In this document: in pieces, positions 49,601 through 62,885 of the stretch
Layout: the number at the start of each line of letters is the position of its first letter
How positions within the stretch are numbered: the first letter of the stretch is position 1
Origin: Lama glama
Taxonomy: Eukaryota
DNA: 64,000 nt
NCBI GenBank assembly: GCA_028534125.1
Contig: CM052832.1
Coordinates: forward strand, 17,486,001-17,550,000
Direction of reading: 5' to 3'
The notes under the pieces: model-generated
The model's input: the letters and a program-made list of their open reading frames with translations, nothing else
Databases searched by the model: none
What the model was told of the DNA's origin: nothing
Made by a program: the position numbers and the translations under genes

Positions 49601-52600
49601 TTGTCAATTTACCAGGTGAAGAAACTGATGCTCAAATAGAAAAACTGATTTATTCAAAGTCATACGCAATTACACACTGCTTCTCCCTTGTATTAAAAAT
49701 TCCATACTTTCTTAGTCACTTTGTCTGTGCTCATCACACAATAATTAACTCCTAAAGTAGAATAGAAATTTTCATCATAAACTATCTTAAGGATCAGATC
49801 AAGTGGGCTAAAATCTCTGCCTTTCCAAGTTTCTGTGTACCAATTTTTTAGTTTCCCTGGAAATAAAAACTCTGACCAAGAGAAGAGAGGGTTCAGGAGC
49901 TCAGGCTCAGCAGGGAGCTACGTGGGACACTTCCTCTCATGGTCTACCTGACTGTATCACATAACTGCTGCCTCCTTTTCATACCTTCCACCCATGTCAC
50001 CTGTCAAATTCTTGTCATTTCCCTTCTGGAATGCTGAAATAATCATCTCCTACTTGTCTTCTCTCTTTCAGGCTCTTCCTTTTCAATGCTTTTTCTCCTT
50101 CACCCTGCTGCCACTGCAACCACTAAAGACCTATCTGATGATCTCCCTCCACCAATCAAGAGCCAGTAAGGCTAACCAACTTCTTAGTGCATCAAATCCA
50201 GAATCTCCAGCATGGTATCCAAATTTCTCCTGATGTGATCTCAACCTCCTTCCCAGTCTTTACTCTCCTGTGAATCTCATACTTCAGTCAAGCTAGATTC
50301 TCTCCCTTCCCTGAAACACACCTCTCTGGATTTGGATTCTTGATTGCGGAGGTCAGTTATACCGAATACTCCTTTTCCCCGAAATTATTTCCACTGAAAG
50401 GAAAAGGAATGAAATTTTATTAATTTTTTACCAAACAAGATTTTAAGTGGAAATATTTGTGAACTGAACCATTGATTAAGGCTGAAAACCAGTCCAGATC
50501 TAAGTTAAACAGTAAGATCTGTCATTTCTTGACTTTAAAAATCCTAGTAGTTGCAAATAGTCCATGATCTTAAATAGACAGGGTGGCAAAAATCAGTATG
50601 TCTCAACCATTGCCTGTTTTTCTCAGACTCCAATTTCTCTTTGAGTGAGGTTTCTTATGGGGATAACTTTCTTGCCCAAGGTCACACAGCTAGTGAGTGG
50701 CAGTTTAAAGACTGAAATAAGTCCTTTCTGAATCTCTGTCTTAGCCTCTATTAGTGACTTACTCCTACCTGAAAATCAACAGCAAGTTTCTTGTGTTAAC
50801 TTCTTTGATCATAGAGGAAACAGGTTCAATTTTTTTCTGAGATTCAGTCTACCTCTTTAGTCCAGATTTTACCACTGCCTCTGCAACCATCCAAATATGA
50901 CTTAGAGATTTTTGTCCACCATTTAGTCTTACTTGAATATTTTCCTTGAATTAGATAATCTCCATTGGCATCTGGGATCCCCATTCAGGTCTCCAGGATA
51001 TGGTTGCAAGTATGAAGTGTAGGATCTACTCTTACATCTGCCATTTTAAAGTAGAATGGCTTATGTTCACATAGAATTATAGTTGACAAATCTTCACATC
51101 AATGATTTCATTTAGCCTTCACAATCAGCCAGTTACAAAGGTAGAGCAGACATTATTTGCTCAGGTTTGCAAGTGAAAAGTGAGATTCAGAAAGGAGAAG
51201 TGACTTGGGCAAAGTCTCATTAATAATGTATACCTAGACCATAAACCTGAGTTTTTGTTTCGATTCCATTTGTCTCTCCACTTTAGGCTCAATTCCTCAA
51301 AAAATATGTTTTTAAAAAATGGAGGGACATCCTAGAAAGACTACAGTCCTTTTGCATTTAATTTTCATCCTCAGGTGTTCTTAATCTTCTGACCTCCTTC
51401 CACAAACTTGATGAGGAAGCTCAGCTCTGGTCCAGGCTGATTATGACCCTGAGCCTTCACTGAGACAGCTGGCCCTGACACACAGACTTTCTGAAGGGTC
51501 TGTCACTAGCCAAGCTTTCCTCCCCTTTCCTGTCCCAGGAAGAACTCTGCTTATTGGAGATTAGGGTGGGGAGGCAGTGAGAGGAAGGATGTGTTCTCCC
51601 TTAGGCAGTGTTCTTGTCTATTACTCCTATCTTAATGGGCTGGGGGAGGGCGTGGGAGAGAGAGCTCTGAGTTCATGCACAACCACAGGAATTTGAGTCA
51701 CCCACCCCATTCAAAACCAGATGCCCTCCCACCTGGAAATTCTTCAGTCTGTGTCTCAGGCCCTTGCTGCTCCCAGAGAAAGAATAAATTGGCCCATAAC
51801 ACCAACCCACATTGCAAGCCACCACCACCAACTCAATACTTGTTGTATGTGAATTTGTGGACACAACGCAGATAAGTAGCTCTCAAGACAAAAATTAAAA
51901 TCCTAAGTTATCTGCATTGGTTCTGCTATCAAAAGTGGCATCCAAATATTTAACGCTATAGAATGAGTGCAACCAATCAGCACAAATGCGAGCCTCCAAC
52001 AAGTGGTGTGTGTATTCCCACATGCATCCCCACCTGCAAGCGCAAGCCCCAGCTATCATGAAAGACGAGAAAATAGCTTGATTTTCTGAAGTGGGAGATA
52101 TAAACTTCAGATCCTAAAGAATTTCCACGTAGCACCATTGCTGCATCTTAGGACATATTTTAAAACAGATGATTTATAAACATGTAGGTGCTAAACACTG
52201 AATGGCAGCATGGGGTTACAGAAGTCAACCACAGGCATCTTAAAGCTGTAAGTTAAACTCTAGGTCTCAGCAGAAGTTTCTGCACTAAGCTTCTTTCTTC
52301 CCTACACACTTATAACTTATTTGATGAAAGATACAAAAGGTATGCTGATTGAATGTATAAATTATTAATAGCTGGTAAATAGAGTTATTATGATGGATGG
52401 CAAAATTAAGATTTAAAAGATCGATTGCCTGGATGGATAGACTAAAAGAGGCACCAGCATCATAATGGCAATTGATATAAACTTAGATTAACTTGTAATT
52501 GACCTTAAGTCAAAAATGAACCAATAAGAATAAAAAATAAAAAATTAGTGAACTAATAGTGTTTCAAGGATACTAGAGAAAATAATGCTGCCTTGATACT

Positions 52601-52899
52601 GATTGGTACATAGTATTCAAAAGAATATGCTCTTGATTGATCAGATCAAACCTGAAATAATGTTTCTCCCAGTGGGTAGAATGAATTAAATGTAATTAAT
52701 AAATCAGACCATATTCTAAGGAGGAGAGTCAGGGGGGTATAAGCTGGCTTCTAATATATATTTGCTGAATGACTGAATAAACTAATGAAGGGAAAAAGAA
52801 AAGAAATGGTCTGTCTTCCTCTATTTTTGGCCCCCTATGCCGCATTTACTATACAGTAGAGTGAACTTTTAAAAAATTAGATTAAATCTAACTATAGTA

Positions 52900-53470
52900 T
52901 TTCCCCATTTACAATTCCCAGAGTTTCTCAGACAACTTAGCATAAAATATGAATGATCTACAAGGCTCTATGTAAAATGAGTCCTGAGTTTCCTTCCAGA
53001 CTTATTTATACCACTTTATTCAGAGTCACATCCTCTAGCCACACTGGTCTTTTTTGTGTTTCTCAAGACGTTCAACCCTCCCTTTCACCCCTCAGTATTG
53101 ATACAAGCTGCCGAAAGCTTAGAAAGCTTCCCCCACGCCATCTCTACCTGGTTCTTCCTCTGAATGACATCTCCCCATTTTTCAGATCTCATTTCAGATG
53201 TCCCCTCAATTGAGAGACCTTCTCTGACTCCTCTACCTAATGTGATTCATCCCCGGTTACACTGTGTGACACTAACTGGTTTTCCATTTACTGAGCTTGT
53301 CAAATTTTGCAATGTTCTTGTTTCTTTATTGAAATAAATATGTAATTTATTTGTGGCCTATCTAATCCATGAGGTATAAGTTCCATGAGTGCAGGCTACT
53401 TACCTGATTTGTCTAAAAGGCATTGAGCTTTACTTATTAGAGGCTTAATAAATGTTTGTTGAGTGAATAA
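52900..53470 (+). mobile_element. L2 3' region
   Basis: agagaccttctctgact...taagttccatgagtgcagg...aataaatgtttgttgagtgaat. Confidence 0.6.
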
Positions 53471-53835
53471 GTAGACCTATAGATATTTTAAAGTAGTTGT
53501 TCATAAATTCTGTTGAAGATACACAAGCAATTTTAAAGATCTGTTGAAAACTATGGTCTCCTCATTCTTTCTAGAAAAATGACACTGTGGTTATAACAGG
53601 AGGTCCATGATTCCCTAACATGCATTGCTGTAGAACATCCCATGTTAGTTTTAATTAAAATATCAGAAACAGAAAACTTTTTCCTCTAAACATGAGTTTC
53701 ATCTAGAAAAGTATAGGAGTAGATGTTCTGGCCAAATAATATTTTCCAATTCCAAGATTATTCAGAACATTTGAAACAAGTACAGATGTCTCCAGAAGCT
53801 CAGAGTTTCTCTCTGATCACTGGCTATTGGTTTTT

Positions 53836-54440
53836 TTACTGATCCCCAACAGGTCGGTGACCCCTCAATGGGTCCTTTGCCCAGAATCACAAAAGCCAAT
53901 CAAGTGAAACCAAGTTTGTTATAGCAGAACAGGAAATTTATTCATTGATCAAGGAATGGAAAAGGGAGAGCTTGTTCTCTAAAAACCCCTTCTCTCGGAG
54001 AGGAGGGGAGTAAAGGAATTTTAAGGGGTAGGAGGCAGTGCCATCAAGGCTCCAGGAAAATGGTGGAGATGTCCAGGAGCACCCAGCCACGAGCAGTCTT
54101 CCACTCTGCACAGGGTGTGAATTATGCCTAGCAGAGTGCAAGTCTCCCCCTGGGTGGAGACTTTAGCATAGTAATGAAGCAAAGGTAGTATTTGGACACT
54201 TCTGCGTCTCATCTGTGCAGGGGCATTCCTGCGGCCAAGTCAGAGCCAGTTCAGAGCAGTTGACCATTGCATACCTGTTGAAGCGTGTAAATCATCTTTA
54301 ACAAATACCAGGTGCTTTGAGATAAACACAAAGATAAATCAAGTCAAGGATTTTTTAGCTCTCTGTGGCGGGTAGTGGTGACAGTTTGGGCCTCAGTCTG
54401 AAAAACTGTAATCTCCCTTAAGTCCGGTCCTTTGCTAATA
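53836..54440 (-). mobile_element. ERV LTR-like element
   Basis: Begins ttactga like the other LTRs here; minus-strand AATAAA near 53937; boundaries approximate. Confidence 0.5.
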
Positions 54441-55976
54441 GAAGGCCCTATGTATACCCACTGAAGGGACAGCTCACACACATCAGTCTTTTGAACACTG
54501 AGGCTTTAGTCTACTTAAATAATGCTATGTGCTTGTATATGCACTTGTAGCACTGAAGCCTGATGCACGAAATAGTTTTGTAATTGATGCTCTTGTACTA
54601 GCAAAACCTGTATAATAAAAACTCCATACACTCATCTATGCAAATACTAGGGCTTTCTTGGGCCCTAGACAAACCAAGTCTCAATGTGCTAAAAACAAGG
54701 AAGAGGCAAAGATTTCTTAAGTATTGCAATATTTCTTTGCTGGAAATCCTAGAAGTGGAGTCATATTCACAGCAAACTCAAGTAAATATGCTGTAGGTCA
54801 CCATGAGAGCACAAGTAGGATTTTCTGGTTGATCATGTTACTTTGCTCTATACTTTCAATAGACTTTATGGTCTTTCTTTGCACTGACAGGATAGAGTTC
54901 ATACTTCTCAGTAGAACGTTCAAAGACTTCAAAGCCATGGCTCTAACTTACCTTTCCCACCATAACCTTCACCCACCTGTCTTGACTAAATTGTGCTCCA
55001 ACTTAATATGAATGCTTACTCTTCCCTGAAGAAAAGGAAAAGAAAAAAGTCTCTTTTTGCTCATACTAAACTGTATACAAATATTTCAAGTGTGCACTCA
55101 TGGTCCTAAAAAATCTGTCTGCCAAGTAGTTAGAGATGCCAAATAAGACATTATGATCATACTATTGAAGGCACTTGCCCTATGATGTATTTAATAAGCA
55201 GTACTTTATAATTTTATTTAGTCATTTTTTAAAATTTTCATTTATAATTGTTTTTTGTATCTTATCTAAGAAAAATTTATCAATCCCCAGGTCACAAAAT
55301 ATTCCTAATTATCTTCTAGAAGCTTCATAGCTTTGCCTTTCAGTTTTATGTCTGCAATATTCTTGGATTTGATTTATTCACAAGCTTTTATTATGAAAAA
55401 AGTTTAATGTACAATTCTGTTGACAGAATAGAAAAATGATCACTGGATTACCCACCACCTATTTTCAACAATATTAATATTATTGCTTTATGTGCTTTTT
55501 ATGTACATTTATATTTTGCTTATTTGTTTGTTTTGTTGAATCACTGGAAAGTATATTGTAGACATCCAGGTATATCACCCTTACATATATATCAGCAATG
55601 TGTATATTAAAAACAATATATTCTTCTACTTACAACAATATTATGATTCTCCTAAAATGTCAATAAAAATCCCTGAAATTTTCTAATGTTCATGTCATAA
55701 CCAAATTTGTCCAGTAGTTCCTAAATTGACTTTATACATTTTCTTGCAAACTTGGATTCATTCAAAGTTCATATTTTGATATTGATTATGTCTTTTTCAT
55801 TTATTTCTTTTACACCTATTTCTTTTATTTTAAATCTAGAGCAATCCCACTAAGTTTCTTTTTTTTTTTTAATGGCATTTTTGAAGATGCAAATCCTATT
55901 ATCCTGATAAGTAGCCCACATTTTTATTTGCCTCACTGTTTCCTCATAGTGTTTTTCTTGTTCCACATTCCCTGAA

Positions 55977-56278
55977 CAGGCACACCTTGTTTTATTGCAC
56001 TTCACAGGTATTGTGTTTTTTATAAATTGAAGGTTTGTGACAACCCTGAGTCAAGCAAGTCTATTGGAGATATTTTTTCCCAACAGTATTATTTTTTAAT
56101 TAAGTCATGTATATTGTTTTTATTAGACACAAAGCAATTGCATACTTAATAGACCACAGTATAATATAAACATAACTTTTATATGCACTGGGAAACTGAA
56201 AAAAAATTTGTGTGTGTAACTCACTTTATTGTAGTGGTCTGGAAGGAACAAAACCCACAATATCTCTAATGTATGCAT
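55977..56278. mobile_element. Internally deleted Tigger1-like element
   Basis: caggcacaccttgttttattgcacttcac...aaattgaaggtttgtgacaaccctg...cacaatatctctaatgtatgc. Confidence 0.75.
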
Positions 56279-56339
56279 ATATTTCTTGTTTTGGAAGTGA
56301 GGTCAAAGACTTGGATGGACTGGAATTTTGTGAATGGTA

Positions 56340-56513
56340 TAGTTGTCCTTCAGCATTTGCAGGCTATTGGTTCCAGGAGCCCCTGTGGATACCAAAATCC
56401 ATGGATGCTCAAGTCCCTTGTTAAAAATAGCATAAAATAATCAATACAGTCAGCCTTTCATAGCCACGTGTTTCACATCCATAGATTTAACCAATTATAG
56501 ATGGCTGACTGCA
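56340..56513. mobile_element. MER2-like Tigger fossil
   Basis: attggttccaggagcccctgtggataccaaaatccatggatgctcaagtccc. Confidence 0.65.
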
Positions 56514-57484
56514 TAAGGTAGGAGTAAGGTTTTAGTTTTTTTCCCCAGGGATATCCAATTAAATCATCACTATTTATTTAAAAGACCATCCTTTTTTTCC
56601 TATTACTTTGCTGTGTATATGTTATAAATCAATTGTCCTTACATATACTTACCTATCCTGAGTTCTCTATTTCTTTCCATTGCTCTATTTGTTTATTCTT
56701 AAAACAATGTTTAATGTTGCTTTTAATATATAGCTTTAAAAATGAATTTTGGTATTTTAAAAGAAAGTTTTCCCATCCTCTTCAAAAGTGTCTTGATTGT
56801 TTTTGACCATTGGTACTTAACACTTAAATTTCTTAAGCATTTTTTTCAAATTCTTTAGAAATACCTGCTAGGATTTTGATTGAGATTGCATTGAATCTAT
56901 AGAATAGTTTGGGTGGAATTGGCATTTTTACATTATCTAGTCTTCTAATTCATTAACATGATATATCTCAAAATTGTATCAACTAATACTAATTTCTCAT
57001 CATAAAGATTAGTACACCTTTTGCTGACTTTACTGCTAAGTATTTGATTATTTTATGCTAATTTTATGTTATATTAAAATTAAGTTCAAATTTTTAATGG
57101 TTTATGAAAACATATAGAAATATAATAAATTTTATATTGACTTTTTTATCCAGCAACTTTGCTAAATTCATATAATAATAACCTATTGCTAGTTTCTTTT
57201 AAAATTATATATTCACAAGGCATGCTAATGATAGTTTGATTTGTCTCTAACCTTTGTACATTTAATTTCCTTTTTTTGCCTTAAATTCACTGGCCAGGTC
57301 TCCCAATACAATATTGAATTGAAGTAGTAATAGAGACATTCTTTCCTTGAATATTACCTCAAAAGTTAATGATTAAATATTTCACCATTAAGTACGATAT
57401 TTGCTGTAGACTTGTATTAGGTACTGTTTATCAGATTGAAGAGGTATCTTCTGTTCTTAGTTTGCTGTGAGTTTAAAATATGAG

Positions 57485-57830
57485 TTGCTGATCTGAAACA
57501 AAAAGACTGCCAGATATTTCTCCAGCAAAGATGGGTTTACTTGGGATGAGCAGAGAATTGAATTTCAGGGTCTTCAGCCATGGCAAGCCACATGCAAGTC
57601 CCCACAGGAAGGGAAGAACACTTTTATAGAGAGAAAAAGGAAGTTGGGAGGGCTTAGTAAACAAAGAGTCATGGTTTTTCACTGGCTGAGTCCTTGCCAG
57701 GAAGAGATTTTCTTCTTCCTGTTGGGCTCTGCTATTGTCAGAGAGTGTGCCATCTCCCCCTTCTGGTCTCCCAGTTCTATTTAACTGAGATTTCTGTTTG
57801 TTAATTTTTTGATAAATTACATAATTATAT
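57485..57830 (-). mobile_element. ERV LTR-like element adjoining an old L1
   Basis: ccagcaaagatgggtttacttggga...ggtttttcactggctgagtccttgccagg; boundaries approximate. Confidence 0.5.
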
Positions 57831-57930
57831 GTTATATCACAGTTGTATTTAAACATAAATAGATATTACCTATCTAAATATATAAGTAAGAAGATGCTGT
57901 TTACACAGTCCATCTTCATAATACATTTAC

Positions 57931-58500
57931 TGTGATGGTTAATTTTATGTGTCAATTTGATTGGGCCATGCGGTGCCCATATATTTGCTTAAACATTATT
58001 TCTGAGTATGTCTGTGAGGGTGTTTCTAAATGAGAGTAGCATTTAAGTTGATAGACTCAGTAAAGCAGATTGCTCTCCACAATGAGGATGGGCCTCATCC
58101 AATCCACTGAAGGCCTAAATAGAATAAAAGGCTGAGTAAGAAAGGAATCTCTGTGTCTCAGAACTGGGACATTGCTCTTCTGTCTTTGGATTCAGACTCA
58201 GACTAGAACTTAACACACATCAGCTCTCCAGTGTCTCCAGCTGGTTGACTGCCTCCATAATCATGTAAGCTAATTCCCTATAATGAATCTTTTTGTATGG
58301 ATAGATGAATTAGATAGGTAGATAGACCTATTTATCTCTAGAAAAAAGAACCAATAGGAGATAGATAAAGAGATATAAGAGATAGATGGATAAAAAGATG
58401 GAGATAGAGATTTATCTCCACCTCTTTATCTGTTTATCTACTCTACTTATCTATTTATCTATCTCCTTGGTTCTATTTTTCTGAAAAACACTGACTAATT
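57931..58500 (+). mobile_element. MLT2 (ERVL) LTR with internal TAGA/TCTA repeats
   Basis: tgtgatggttaattttatgtgtcaatttgattgggcc...gggcctcatccaatccactgaaggcctaaatagaa...ctgactaat. Confidence 0.85.
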
Positions 58501-60133
58501 TCCTTGCATACTCTTACAGTTGTGTGGATCTGTGTTTTCTAGTTTTTTCTTATTGTGAAGGTAAATCTATTGAGACTAATAGCTCTTACTGAGTGGACCT
58601 TGGGGCCTGGTGTCTGACACTTCTGGTAGAATTTAAAATAAGTATTTTCTCTTTATAATAATAATCCAGGATAATCCGTTCATCTCAAAATCCTTAATGT
58701 AATCACATCTGCAAAATCTTTTCCTTGTAAGATAACACTTATAGTTTCCAGGGATTAAATCTGATATCTTTGGGAGCCATTACTTGGGTTACTACAGAGT
58801 TTAGATTTTGGATCAGAACATACTTGAATGTGAGTCCCAGTCTGACATATTACTAGGTCTGTAACTTTAGGAAATTAACCATTTTTCCTCTTTATTACTA
58901 TCCTGATTTATACAATGAAGAAAATATTAAGCTTATAAATAAGAAAATCTATCTAAATATGCTTGATACATGGTAAGAAAGGAATCGATACATGTTAGTT
59001 CTCCTCCTCCCTTGCTTGTCCTTCATACTTTGTTCTTTCCTTGTGTCCTTTTTTCCTTTGTCTCTTGTCTCCCTTTATCACTCTCTTATTTCTACTCTTT
59101 CACATCCCCATTTTATCTCTTGGACTAGATTCTTCCTAGCATCACTTGCTCCTACTGACTTATCTTGCAGGTTGTTGTGCAGGGAGTAGACAAAGTTGGT
59201 CCTGAGATAGTTTGAGAGCTTCAGGAACCTACCAGACTAGAACCTGGTGTTGAACCATTGGGAGTAAGAGTCAAATGGGAGAAGTCAAGCCTGGCCAGCT
59301 TCTGTTGGTTGTTCCTAACTTGACTTGCTGGGTACAAGTGGCAGAGGTCAATGCTGGTTTTTTCAGTAAGGCTATGGAAGGTCAGAAGTATCAACCACTC
59401 CACTTTCTGGGTCTCTGTCTCTCCATACATGAGTTAAAGAAGCTGAAATATTTGAGCACTAAAATTTTAGAGTTTTCTGAGTCAATACTGTCACTTCTCA
59501 GTCTTCTCAAGGTGAAAATTGGTCAAATTAGATGACCAAGGGATATGAACTACTTAAACAATGAGGAAATATTAAAAGACTGTGAAATGTGAAAGGACAT
59601 AAAGGCAAACCCCTACCCCTAGCTAATTGTTGGATTTGGGTTTGTAGTGTTGATGAGATGGGCATCCTTCTGAGGGAGGAGCAAGGCTTGGATCACACAG
59701 AAGCTTGGAGGCTGTGCCTTGTTGGAGGATGTCTGGTTCTGTGGTCAGATAAATTACTTAGCTCTTGTGGGTGCTGTGGGTGTCTCAGAGGCCTGTGGTT
59801 GTGCATGGACACAGTGGTACCTGGTACTTCAAGGTAGAAATAATGGACATGGGTCTTACCTGGGAAAGTACACATTCTTCTTCACACATTGTCCCTTTTG
59901 TGTTAGCAAACCCTAGAATTACTTCTTGGAGCAGATGAAGGTGGAAATTTTGGCCATAGTGGCAGAGCCTACAGGAGGACTTTACTTCAGGGCCAGCTGC
60001 CTCAATGAGGTCTGGGGATTAGGGCCACAGCCAGCCCCAGGATTCGAGGTGTCTTCAAGGATGAGACAATAGTACACACAAACATGGACAAAAATGCAGC
60101 AAAAAGGAAACTACAGCAAAACTTCCCTTGCAT

Positions 60134-60708
60134 TGTTACTGAGTCCAAGTTTGTACAGCTCGCTGTACAAGAGGCCAGTAAGTCGAGAGACATGTGTTGG
60201 GGCAAAGAATAGAGACTTTATTCAGAAAACTGGCAAACTAAGAAGATGGCAGACTAAAGTCCTAAAGAACGTCTTGTTCAGGTTTGAACACAATCTTCTT
60301 TTATGCTACAAAGAAGGGGAAATAGGAGGTAGTGAGGTCAAGAGGTGACGAGTGGTTGCAGACTTCTCGGTGCCGGCCAGACCTTGGAGGGGACAGGGTA
60401 ATCTTTTTTTCCTGCAGTTGTTCAACACTGGGCTAGCCATGATGCTCCTGCAAATCTTTAACGAGACGGATGTTATTTCCTGTTCTGCAACTCCTTATCG
60501 CTATGTGGATGAGTGGTCACCCAGCAAGGGAAAATTATGTTTCTGATGATTAGTATACCTACAAGTGAAGCAAAAGTATTTTAGCTTTAAAAGTTAATCA
60601 TGGGAGGCAGAGTTTCTAGAAGGGGGCTATTAAGTGTACTTCAAGCTATAGACCATTTTCATTTTATGCTTACTGTGCCTAAATGCCTTCTGCATGGTTA
60701 CTCTAAAT
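60134..60708 (-). mobile_element. ERV solo-LTR-like element about 1.1 kb upstream of GPX6
   Basis: Starts TGTTACTGAG as at 14819; minus-strand AATAAA near 60217; right boundary uncertain. Confidence 0.6.
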
Positions 60709-61689
60709 GCATTGAGGACATGACTGGCTGGATCAGGCATTACTGATCAGGCCATAGATTATAGGCCTTTGAGAAGCACTAAGAAATCTGAGATAACAAA
60801 AAGCTTATCTTCCAACTGAGTTCACAAGAATTCAACCACATCCAGATTTCAGTTTTGGGAGCAGAGAAAGCCTTTTGTGTGAACCTGGAAGAGGCAGGGC
60901 TGGTGGAGGGGACTGGATGTAAAACAGCTTAGAACTGAAGAGGAAGACATTATCACGTCAGTAAACAAGGGAGATTAGTAAAGCTGAGCTGGCAGTGAAA
61001 AGCCAGCCAGGAGCAGATGGGGGTGGGGAGGGGAGAGAGAAACAACTCTGTGACTCTTCACTGGTTCAAATACTTTCCAACAGCTTTCTGATCATCACCT
61101 TATTGGGGCCTCATAATAAATAGTTTTATGGAGTAAGTGGGGCATAGATGATTACAATAATTCACAGAGAATGATACTCCATCAAGCCCAAGGCATTTCC
61201 CTAGCTCACAGTTTAGAGCTTTCTCCTGGATAACTTCCCACTGACTGTGCATCTGTCCTCTGTGTTCCTCCTGCATTACAAGCCATTCTCTGGGGGGCAC
61301 AGTGTCTGAGACGCTCAGCCCCCCACATCTGGACTTCATAACGAGAAAATACTGTGTGCTGTTGACTGAGGGATGAAAGTTTCAGAGGACAAGACAAAGG
61401 ATTAATAGTCTACTGGGACAATGCTTCTCAAACTTTAGTTTGCATATAAATCATATGAAGATCCTGATTTTAAAAAGTGGAGTCCACTTCAGCAGTGGTG
61501 GCTTTACTTGCCAGATGCGGAGCCAGCAGTTGGAGAAGGTAGAGAGAGTGCTTTAAGTTCCAAAGAGGGAAGCCCCCAGCTTTACCTGCCAGAATAAGGA
61601 TGCTGAACCTTCAGGGCTTGCGGGAGGGCGCAGGGGAGTGAGGGGGAGTGAGCAGGAGCTGGAGGCTGGGGAGATGGACCAAGAGGAAG

Positions 61690-61842
61690 AGGGAGGGAGC
61701 GCGGGGTGGGGGGAGTTTGGCGGGTGCGTGAATGCTGCTCTGCGATTGGAGGGCGCATCTTTAAACTGGTCCCTGCCAGGAGCTCAAAAGGAGCCAAGAT
61801 CCCTGGGGACCTGAGACTCTCCTAGAACTCCTGGTGTGAGCC
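61690..61842 (+). promoter_or_regulatory. GPX6 proximal promoter / 5' UTR
   Basis: G-rich boxes, inverted CCAAT (GATTGG 61744-61749), TTTAAA near 61760. Confidence 0.55.
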
Positions 61843-61929
61843 ATGATCCCGCAGTTCTGGGCCTCCTGTCTTTTCCCACTGTTCCTGGTCGGCTTCGCTC
61901 AGCCGACCCCGCAGCAGCAAAAGGTGAAG
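61843..61929 (+). CDS. GPX6: GPX6 coding exon 1 (signal peptide); rest of the gene lies beyond the window
   Basis: gccATG; MIPQFWASCLFPLFLVGFAQPTPQQQKVK|gtgagt; 87 nt, same length as and paralogous to GPX5 exon 1; divergent arrangement as in the known GPX5/GPX6 pair. Confidence 0.88.
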
Positions 61930-62704
61930 GTGAGTGTCAGGCTGAGAACCCAGGCTGATGTCAGCCCCTGATGACTACATTGGCCGCCAGGGAGGCAAGG
62001 AGTTCTCCCTTCTCCTCTTCTACCAAGGACAAGATCAGAGTCCCCAGCCTTTCTTAACTTAACATCTGCCACCGCCCCTGCTGTCCCCTGAGGCAGAGGC
62101 TCCCCTAAACCGCCTCTCTTTTATGTGAATAGTCTCCCCTGCACCCGACGGGGCGTTGGGCCGAAAGTGGGCGAAGGACGCAGGCAGCTCTCGCTGCTGT
62201 GGGCTTTGCCACTTTCCCCCTGGTGGCCGCTAAATAGCCCTGAGCCTGTCCCTTCCACTCTGGTCCGGAGCCTCGGGCAGCCTTGAGGTTCCAGAAGGCT
62301 TTCAGCATCAGGAAAGACAGGCTTTTTCCTTTTGAGGGGAATAATAAAACACAAAAGGCCAAGAGGGTTGTTGGCCAATTTTCGTTTTAGAGGAGGTAGT
62401 GTAGTGAGGGGAGTACAAAACTCAGATCAGAGGACTGGCTCTAAATTTTCCGTGCTGCTCCAAATCGCCTGATGCCCTGCAAATCCCCACTCTGGGTGTC
62501 GGTAGCCATTCTGTAGGAGGTATGTGTATGTGTCTTAGGATGCAGGGTGGGGACTGAAGTAAATGACTTGAGATTCCAAAAAGTTTTAACTTTAAAATCA
62601 GGCAAATTCATTCAAAAACTCATTCTCACTGTGGCATTAAGCAGTTAGGTATCTTTTATTGGCCCTGTTGTCTCCTTTCTTAAAATCCAGAGAAAACCCA
62701 TCTG

Positions 62705-62885
62705 GTAGTGCAGCGATTTCCAGATTTCAACTCACATAAGGATCTCCGGGAAGGCTTGTTAAAGCCCAGATTACTGGGTTGCACCCCCAAAGTTTCTGAT
62801 TGAGTAGGTCTTAAAGGAGCCCAGAGTTTGCATTTCTAACACGTTCCCAGATGATACTTGTGCAGGTCCTCACACCACACTTTGT
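62705..62885. mobile_element. MER5A-like hAT fossil in GPX6 intron 1
   Basis: cttgttaaagcccagattactggg...tttctgattgagtaggtct...tttgcatttctaacacgttcccagatgat. Confidence 0.75.

Noticed and set aside
57473..57856. 127-aa minus-strand ORF
   Set aside because: Lies within LTR-like repeat sequence and has no recognisable protein features
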